DNA of 64,000 nt from Gemmatimonadaceae bacterium (GTDB taxonomy: Bacteria > Gemmatimonadota > Gemmatimonadetes > Gemmatimonadales > Gemmatimonadaceae): positions 84,921-148,920 of the forward strand of contig JADLCY010000004.1 in the NCBI GenBank assembly GCA_020846935.1. The letters run 5' to 3'. The notes beneath the pieces are model-generated. The model did no database searches, was not told where the DNA came from, and saw only the letters and a program-made list of their open reading frames with translations. Positions 39,301 through 45,900 of the stretch are shown in pieces. The position numbers and the translations under genes were made by a program. How positions within the stretch are numbered: the stretch's first letter is position 1; every line of letters starts with the position of its first letter.

Positions 39301-39588
39301 CGAGATCACGCGCTCGCGGTCGAAGACCGGGCGCCACGTGACGCCGTTGTTGGTGCTCTTCCAGATGCCACCGGCCGCGGCGGCGAGGAAGAACGTCTTG
39401 GAGGGCGACGGAATGCCTTCGACGTCGGAGACGCGACCGCTGGTGTTGGCCGGGCCGACGTTGCGCCACTTGAGCGCAGCGATGGCGAGCGTGTCGCCGT
39501 CGTACCCGTTTATCTGTGCAGAGACCACGGGCGTGGTGGTGCACAGGAGTACGCACGCGGCGGCGAGTCGGAGCGCGGGATGAGACAT
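36385..39588 (-). CDS. sortilin/VPS10-like BNR (Asp-box) repeat protein, secreted
   Basis: The start is MSHPALRLAAACVLLCTTTPVVSAQ at 39588. Many Asp-box repeats are present: KSTNNGVTW, KSNDGGLTW, KTTDSGQSW, KSTDAGRTW, RSADGGATW, SRNDGGSW. Confidence 0.8.
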   Translation of the reverse strand: MSHPALRLAAACVLLCTTTPVVSAQINGYDGDTLAIAALKWRNVGPANTSGRVSDVEGIPSPSKTFFLAAAAGGIWKSTNNGVTWRPVFDRERVISMGDLAIAPSDTMQIWAGTGEANSRNSISPGGGVYKSNDGGLTWKLMGLERTQAIGRVVVHPTNPDIVYVAAVGAIWNANKERGLYKTTDSGQSWELVKFVSDKAGVVDVALDPSNPDVVWAASWERVRSPYSLQSGGPGSALWKSTDAGRTWTEIKGGGFPETMKGRISIAIAPSDPRVIYTMVEADTAANPQPRNAPKKAPQTRPSGLYRSADGGATWTRTNNENTRPFYYSQVRVHPKNPDRVYWSSTPVKVSNDGGKTAMNATVGLHVDHHGMWIDPVDPERMIVGNDGGVGVSFDQGGSYVFPNTFTLAQPYNVSFDMQVPYRVCAGLQDNGSWCGPSRRRSGVITNAMWATLSGGDGFVTQQDPVEAHIAYSETQGGNVGRVDMRTGERTSLAKPTWRATWQAWEDSIIVARGDTTVRESSAIRKRIAELRARQKADSAGLDLRWNWNTPYFISPHSNTTLYLGANRVMKSTKRGDEMFPISPDLSYADTMKIRVSTRATGGITPDATGAETYGTIVSLAESPLRPGLLYVGTDDGRVWSSRNDGGSWDEHSKNFPGLPANAYVSEIEPSPHDSSTWFVTFDNHRVGDFAPYVYRTTDYGKSFVSIAANLPTGGPDFVHVIKQDLVNPNLLFVGTDVGAYASSNGGVSWRRFMTGLPTVPVTDLKIHPRDHELIAATHGRGVWIVDILPLQQETPAVVATAVHVYEPRIAFQWGDPPIEGQGPGGASYGHMWFAQPVPTYGAEITYRLTERGNTATRIYIQDVTGDTLRTLTGPSGIGVHKVVWDFRGKAPPPRPLSPSQRRDSAVAANRRAFVFDSLLKSGMDSAAVANFRRMVEGGDMNQMMQAFGVGGAASGPTPAFAGDRFNPRPGEQAAMPRGGGAGGAAGRAAQAGITDPQVAFQIIQAISPPGQNAFQALQGRPQAPTVGPGEYLVTVVAGGTSVRQRLKVVRASGTGAASSPFEQDDR

Positions 39589-40191
39589 GTGACGGTGGCG
39601 AGGTGGGGAGACCGCGCATGAGTGAGCGCGCCGGATTCTATGTGGGGGCCACAAGCATGGGGAGGGAATGCCGTGCGGGGCCACGGGTGCGGGCGCGGGA
39701 CCAGCCAGCGGTCGCTGGGGAGTTTGCGCTGTGGGGAGGATCCTGAGGGTCTACGCGCGACCGGCTGGGGAGTGGTCGGACATTCGCGCAAGTACGGCAT
39801 CGACCTGTGCTGCGTCGTTGCCTTCTCCAGGCTTTCTCAGCGATGGCAGATAACCGGCCTGTTTGGCCGTGGTGCGATCGTGTGTTGATCGTGGTACAGC
39901 GTTCGCGTTGCTCCGGTCGCGCTTCCTCCGCGCTGTCGTTCTCGAGTGATGCTCTCCATCATAGAGTCTTGTGCGCCGTTCGGGCGCAGCATAAGAAGTC
40001 GACCGGCGTTCTGGTGACCAACGCCCAAGGTGATGGTGGTGTGGGACTTGGCCGCCATCTTCCTGAGGCAGGGCGCAGGTCGTATGCTGCGGATGGCGTG
40101 CTGGATAAGACCTTCGACGTGCGGCGAAGGGTTTGCAGCGCAGCCCAATACACGTTAGACCGAAGCACACCCTCTTGCGAGGAACTCACGA

Positions 40192-41022
40192 TTGCCGATG
40201 TCCCGTTTCCTCTTCGCGAGACTGAACCTCATCGCCGAGTACGACGACAAGCGGGCGTTCGTCCTGAAGGGGCTCAGTGGCCACCAGACCCGCAAGGTGC
40301 GATCGCACTTGTGGGGATTCTTCGAGGTCGAAGAGCTACCCGACTTTCCTGACTACGTAACGGGCTACCTCACGAAGCTCAAGCCGCTGTATGCCGAGGA
40401 GGTCGGGAATCTCGAAACTCATCAACTTGGCACCTCCGACGTAGCGAACCTAGCGGTAGCGAAGTCTCGCTTCTTTCTGCATATCCGGACGGGTATCGTC
40501 GCGTACCATGTGATCTCAAACCACGTTACGCGGCCGGTGTTCGAGGAGCAGTTTGCGCGGCTCTTCGAAGAGGGGCACCAGAAGTTCTTTGTGTCCGCGG
40601 ACCTGCAGACTATTGAGGCACGCGAGAGCTTCATGAAAGCGCTCGCATCAATGGAGCGCGTTGCCTTCCTCACACTCGAGCTGCATCCAACGAACCCATC
40701 TTTCTCGGAGATCTATCGAACGGTGGACGAGCGCCTAAAGCGGATTAAGGCGAAGTCCTACCGCGAGGAGATCGCCGCCTCCCGCGAGGGTCCAGGCCTG
40801 GTAGTAGGCGACGATGAGGATGTCGCGCGAAAGGTGACAATGGCTGAGGACGGCTATGGCCGGGCAGTCGCGGTCGGGACGCGCAACGGGAAGCGCTCCT
40901 CGATCGCCACAAGCCAGAATCCTGTCTCAACCCACGCGGATACCCGAGAGCGATCAGCGGGCCAGATTCTAGGTGCGATTGTGGACGACTTCGCCGCCCT
41001 GTTTCGGAGGATCTCCGAGTGA
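40192..41022 (+). CDS. hypothetical soluble protein (276 aa), first gene of a two-gene cassette
   Basis: GAGGAA (40179-40184) lies 7 nt before the TTG at 40192; an ATG follows at 40198. No hydrophobic helices and no motif I can assign. G+C is visibly lower than in neighbouring genes. Confidence 0.7.
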   Translation: MPMSRFLFARLNLIAEYDDKRAFVLKGLSGHQTRKVRSHLWGFFEVEELPDFPDYVTGYLTKLKPLYAEEVGNLETHQLGTSDVANLAVAKSRFFLHIRTGIVAYHVISNHVTRPVFEEQFARLFEEGHQKFFVSADLQTIEARESFMKALASMERVAFLTLELHPTNPSFSEIYRTVDERLKRIKAKSYREEIAASREGPGLVVGDDEDVARKVTMAEDGYGRAVAVGTRNGKRSSIATSQNPVSTHADTRERSAGQILGAIVDDFAALFRRISE

Positions 41023-41498
41023 GCCGCCGTCTCGGGATGCTCATCGGCATCGACGTCATCGCCGCACTCATTGTGCTTGCCGTGCTGCTTGCCTCACTGC
41101 CGACGTTCGTGCCCGTTCAGGTCGCCAAAGAGTTCTTCGGCGTGAGCGCTTCGGTGCTGTCAATCGTGTTCTCAGTATTTACGGCAGCTCTCGCGGTGAT
41201 CATCTCGTCCCCCGACGACAAGTTTGTGCGCTGGCTTGAGTCTGAGGGGATCTATAGGGACATTCTGTTCGGATTCAAGTCTACTCTTCTCGCGCTCTTC
41301 ACTGCCCTTGTCTCAAGCATCGGCGCGTTTTCGTGGACCGTGTTTCAGATTGAGGCTGGAGTGCGACTTCAACATCGGTCGGGGCTTCTAATTGGCTCCA
41401 CCTTGCTCGCCTATGCTTTGGTCGCAACGTTGCTCAGCACGCTAGCCGCGATTCGGCATGCTCACGCGAGGGCGGACTTCCTGCGCGGCTCGGTCTAA
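41019..41498 (+). CDS. hypothetical four-helix integral membrane protein (159 aa), second gene of the cassette
   Basis: GGAGGA (41006-41011) lies 7 nt before the GTG at 41019, and GTGA overlaps the upstream stop. The four hydrophobic segments are MLIGIDVIAALIVLAVLLASL, VSASVLSIVFSVFTAALAVIISS, STLLALFTALVSSIGAFSWTVF and LLIGSTLLAYALVATLLSTLAAI. Confidence 0.7.
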   Translation: MSRRLGMLIGIDVIAALIVLAVLLASLPTFVPVQVAKEFFGVSASVLSIVFSVFTAALAVIISSPDDKFVRWLESEGIYRDILFGFKSTLLALFTALVSSIGAFSWTVFQIEAGVRLQHRSGLLIGSTLLAYALVATLLSTLAAIRHAHARADFLRGSV

Positions 41499-41532
41499 CG
41501 GCAGTTGGTGACCGACGGCCGTCTAGGGAAGC

Positions 41533-41583
41533 TGGTGGGCGGCCGCACCTTATCGTACCTTTCGGTACGGCGCGGCCGCCCAC
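41533..41583. terminator. nested perfect hairpin between convergent cassette and doc genes
   Basis: The outer 13-bp stem is GGTGGGCGGCCGC (41533-41545) / GCGGCCGCCCACC (41571-41583). It encloses an inner hairpin, CGTACC-TTTC-GGTACG (41553-41568). Confidence 0.55.
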
Positions 41584-41620
41584 CTGCATCTTATTGAATC
41601 GGCCGCGGCACAACTTGACG

Positions 41621-42025
41621 TTAGGCGGCCCCCTGAGGCAACTTGACCAACCCTGCGCGAAGCCACTTCGCGAGCTTTGCCTCCGTAAGGCGCCCGTCGG
41701 CCAGTGCGACCATGTGCGCGACCACGTCGGCGTCGGGCGCGACGAAGTCCCAGCCGTTGAGCCCCAGGAAAATGACCGCCACGAGGAATGCGATGCGCTT
41801 GTTGCCGTCGTTGAACGGGTGGTTCCGGGCCAGTCCGAAGGCATACGCGGCGGCGAGCGAGGCATGATCGACGCGTTTGCCGTAGGCCAGCTTGTTGCAC
41901 GGCCGCGCCAGGGCGCTCTCGAGTGCCCCCTCATCCCGGAGACCAGGCATGCCGCCATGCGCGCGCAGCTGATCGAGATGCACCGCCTCGACGAGCGCGC
42001 GTGGAACCCAGCGAGGCTCGCGCAC
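41621..42025 (-). CDS. doc: Doc (death-on-curing) family Fic-fold toxin
   Basis: The Doc/Fic motif is HPFNDGNKRIAF. LRDEGALESALARP lies upstream. The start is a GTG at 42025, 6 nt after the antitoxin stop. Confidence 0.85.
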   Translation of the reverse strand: MREPRWVPRALVEAVHLDQLRAHGGMPGLRDEGALESALARPCNKLAYGKRVDHASLAAAYAFGLARNHPFNDGNKRIAFLVAVIFLGLNGWDFVAPDADVVAHMVALADGRLTEAKLAKWLRAGLVKLPQGAA

Positions 42026-42031
42026 GCCGCG

Positions 42032-42259
42032 TTACTTCGCCAGTTCGCGGAGGGCGTGCCGGTACCGTTTCGCGGCGCGCGCCGCGAGCGCCAGGCCGGC
42101 TTCGATGGTGGGATCGTAGGGCGTGAGCAGAATCCCGTTCTCGGTCTCGATCGCCAGCATCGAGTCGCCGACGGCGAGGTGGAGACGGTCGGCCATATCT
42201 TTCGGCAGGGTCGCGCCGACGGACCCGCCGACTTGCCGGAGTTTGATGGGACGCACCAT
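42032..42259 (-). CDS. AbrB/MazE/SpoVT-type antitoxin
   Basis: MVRPIKLRQVGGSVGATLPKDMADRLHLAVGDSMLAIETENGILLTP is a looped-hinge-helix (SpoVT/AbrB) fold signature. The ATG is at 42259. Confidence 0.8.
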   Translation of the reverse strand: MVRPIKLRQVGGSVGATLPKDMADRLHLAVGDSMLAIETENGILLTPYDPTIEAGLALAARAAKRYRHALRELAK

Positions 42260-42267
42260 CTTGCAAG

Positions 42268-42285
42268 GTAGCACACCCGTGCTAC
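42268..42285. promoter_or_regulatory. inverted repeat just upstream of the antitoxin start (candidate TA operator)
   Basis: GTAGCAC (42268-42274), ACCC and GTGCTAC (42279-42285) form the repeat. It lies 9 nt upstream of the antitoxin ATG, in the divergent intergenic region. Confidence 0.45.
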
Positions 42286-42331
42286 TGCGCCAAGGAGCCT
42301 CCAGTCCATTGTTGCAGCTGACGGCGGAGCT

Positions 42332-42832
42332 ATGGAGGGCGCTGAGGCACTCGCCGCGCTCGTGTCCACAGTGCGAAATGCCCCATTCCGCCGCAGCACC
42401 CTGCGTCGCGATGGCGCGTTTCGGCAGTGGACCAACGGAGATCTCCACGCGCGCCTTGAGCCGACGGAAACTGGCCATCGACTGCGATCGAGTACGCGCA
42501 AGGGTGAGGGGCCGGTCCTTCTGCGGCTGGGCGCCGCGGCCTTCGCTCTGTCGACGATGATGGCGGCGGCGATGCCGGTCGCCCCGGGCTGGGCCACCAT
42601 CGGACTCACCGCCTTCTCCGGCGTGGTCGGCCTGGCGGGGCTGTCGGTCCTCGCACTTCGCCTGCCCCGCTGGGCCCGAGTGCGCGCCGCGCAGATGGAA
42701 CAGATTGGAGTGCGCTTCGCCGCCTTGACCGAACAGAGGTCACTGCCCGCGCATCCCTCTGCGGGAGCCCGGGACGCGGTCGGCGATGCGTCGCCCGTGC
42801 TGGCAGCCACCGGGCGCGACGGGCTGACGTGA
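42332..42832 (+). CDS. hypothetical protein with two predicted TM helices
   Basis: The ORF has strong third-position G/C bias. Two hydrophobic segments are present (LLRLGAAAFALSTMMAAAMPV and IGLTAFSGVVGLAGLSVLAL). I recognised no family. Confidence 0.4.
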   Translation: MEGAEALAALVSTVRNAPFRRSTLRRDGAFRQWTNGDLHARLEPTETGHRLRSSTRKGEGPVLLRLGAAAFALSTMMAAAMPVAPGWATIGLTAFSGVVGLAGLSVLALRLPRWARVRAAQMEQIGVRFAALTEQRSLPAHPSAGARDAVGDASPVLAATGRDGLT

Positions 42833-42954
42833 GCCTTGGGGCGGGGCGCTGAGCCTCGGCGCGGGTCCCCACCTAAACGCTGAGAGCCCACCTGGCGTAG
42901 ACCCGTTCTCCGGACGCTTTACACTTTTGGGTGTGGAGGTCCGTTGGCGCCCCT

Positions 42955-45900
42955 TCAAGTCGCTCGCGCCAACAACGGAAACCCGAGCTGGCGCGCACGC
43001 ACCCCTGCCTCCACCAACCGACGCTCGGCGGACTTGAGTCCGGCGCGCTGTAGCTCCGGCGCACACTCGGTCACGAGCCACACGCTGGCGTAGGCATCGA
43101 GCCCGTCGAGACGGTCCACGGCACGCGCGAACACGTCCTGCGCCACGTTCGGATGACCGCCAGCAATCGCCATGCGCACCGCGAACGCGTCCACGAGTTC
43201 GCGGCCGGGGAACCACCAGTCCGGACGCGCATCAGCGACCAGCGCACTCGTACGCGCCCACCGCTGCTGCGTCGACGCCGACGTCGGGCCACCATTGCTC
43301 AATGCGGCGCCCGCCGTCGCGGCAAGCTCCATCCACGCCAGATCGAGGTCGCGCGCTCGCCGAGCCACGGCATCGAACTGCGCCTGCGCCCGATCACGAT
43401 CACCGCCGTCCCTGAGGAGCCGCGCGCCATCGAACAGCGTGCCGATGCGCTCGGGCTCGTCTTCCATGGTCGTGAACAGTCGCTCCGCGTCACCAAGCCA
43501 CTGGCGCGCCTCGTCATGATTGCCCTGGCGCGTACGTACGACGCCGAGCGCGCGGGAGATGCGTGCCGCGAGCGGGGCGTGATGGCTCGCGCGCGCCCGT
43601 TCCAGCGCCTGCACGAGCAGGTCCTCACCTTCGGACGACGCCTCCTGACGACACAGCGCCTCGCCAAGCACCTGCAGCGCGCGTGCGTCGTGCGTCGCGT
43701 GGGGACGCGCGCGCTGGCGTTCCAGCGCCTGACGCAAACGTGGCAGGCCCAGCTCGGGTGACTCCGCCAGTTGCGCGGTTCCCAGCTCAAGCATGGCCTC
43801 GGTGACGATGGCGTCGTCGCCGTGCGCAACACCCAGTTCGAGCGCCCGGCTCGCGAAGTGCTCGGCCATCGGCCAGTCGGCACGCTCGGCGGCGCTGGCG
43901 GCAGCGGCGAGGGCGCTCAGCGCCTCTTCGCGCGGGTGCACGCTGGCGGCGTCGTCGACGAGTCGTCGCAAGGCGTCCATCGTGTCGCCGGAGAAGGCGC
44001 CGCGCCGCTGCCGGATCCACGCGCGGACCCGGCGTCCGCGGATCGCGGTCGCGTCTACGGGTTGGCGGTCGAGCCACTCGAGCGCGAGGTCCGCCTGGGC
44101 CTCGGCCTGCGCGAGCCGGCCGGCCTGCAGCGCCACCTCGGCGTGCCGGACGCGGATGGTCGCGAGGTCTGCTGACGAGGGGGCGTGGCGCTGCGCGACC
44201 AGCAGGGCGGCGATGGCCGCGTCGTGAACACCGGTACCTAACGAGCGCTCCGCCGCTGCGCGTGCGTAGGCAAAGGCGGCGGCATCGTTGCCGGCGGCGT
44301 GGTAGTGGCCGGCGATCGCGTCCACCGAGGACGGGGCACGGAGTTCCATCACGCGAGCCGCAAGGTCGTGCACCTGCTGGCGCTGTCGCTCCGCCATCCC
44401 GCGCACACAGGCCTCGACGAGCAGCGGGTGGCCGAAGGCGTAGCGTCCTTCCGCGGGGTCTCCGACCGCCACGAGGATCGATGCGCGTACCGCTTCTTCG
44501 AGGGCGAGTCGCGCCTGGCCCTCAGGGACGCCGGTGACCGACACCAGCAGCTCGACGGTGAGGACGTTCTGCAGCACGGCGGCCGACGACAGGATGCTGC
44601 GCGAGGAGCCGGAGAGCCGATCGAGTCGTCGATCGAGCACCCAGCCGATACCGCTCGCCACGTCGCGCGGCCCCGGTTCGCGCCATTCCCACCGCGTGCC
44701 GCCGTACCAGATCGTGCCGTCGTCGCACCCGGCGCGCAGCAGGTGGAGCACGTGCAGCGGGATCCCTTCGGCGTAGTCATGGATCCAGCGCGCGACGTCG
44801 TCACCGGGGGCCGCATCGCGGAACACGAGCCGGATCCAGCGTCGCACTTCGTCGAGCCCAAAGCGCCGCAGCGTCACATGCGTGGTGCGCGCGTGCGCCA
44901 GGATCCGTCGCCGCCACTCGACCGCGCCGGGATGCACCTCGGGCCGCATGGTGTGGATGACGAGGAGGTGCTCGTCGTCCACCGCGGTGAGCAGGGCGTC
45001 GAGCACGGCCCAGCTGGCTGGCGTGGCGAGGTGCATGTCTTCGAGCACGACAACCAGCGGTCGTTCCCGCGCCGCTCGACGGACCACCGCGGTGATCTCC
45101 TGCTGCAGCAGTGTCGCGTCGGGCTCCTCGTCCTCGACGTCGGCCGGCGCCAGTTCGCCCGGCACAAGCGCAGGCAGCGCGCGCCAGGCGCGATCATGCA
45201 CGACGCCGGCCTTGGCCAGCGCGCTCACCACCGCGGGCCACGGCGCGAGCGGTCCGCCGGAGCCGTCGGCGGTCGTGATCCCGGTGGCAAGGAGCCCGTT
45301 GCGCAGTCGCACCTCGGGCTCGAGCTGCCTGACGAGTGCGCTCTTTCCGACCCCGGCTTCGCCGGAAATGCCGACGAGCCGAGGTTCGCCACGCGCGGCG
45401 AGGTCCAGCTGAGCGACGACGGATCGCAGCTCTTCTTCGCGGCCGGTGAACACGTCGAAGTCCAGCCCGTGTCGCGCGCGCGCCGACTCACCGTGGTCGG
45501 CCACCACGACGCGGCCACCGCCTTCGCTTCGCGCACGGAAGAGCGCCCGATCGCCGGCGGCGAGCAAGGCTTCCACCGTCTCGCCATCACCGGGCGCCAC
45601 CGCCACCGCGACCGAGGCGACCACCACGAGCGTCTCGTCAGGCGCGTGGCGCAGCGCGCAGCGCAGTCCACCCACCGCGTCTCGCAGCCGCTCGGCGACC
45701 TCCGTCGCCACGTTGACCGTGGTCTCCGGCAGCAGGACCACGAACTCGTCGCTCCCGCGACGGCCGATGAGATCACCGGTGCGCACGCCGCGTTGCAGCA
45801 CCTTGGCCACGGCCCACAAGACGTCGTCGCCCTGCAGCCGACCCCAGGTCGCGTTGACACGCGCAAAGTCGTCGATGTCGACGATGAGGATGGCGACATC

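Noticed and set aside
39837-40148. Possible tyrosine-recombinase remnant at the islet edge
   Set aside because: The minus-strand translation HAIRS...LGVGHQNAG...LLMLRPNG only faintly recalls the HxLRH...LLGH...Y box of integrases. The catalytic Tyr is not evident and the match could be chance. A profile search would be needed.
41434-42891. 485-aa ORF on the minus strand spanning the TA region
   Set aside because: The translation is Ser/Arg/Pro/Ala-rich. It overlaps doc and the antitoxin in another frame and the plus-strand 42332 ORF in antisense. The Doc and AbrB motifs identify the real frames.
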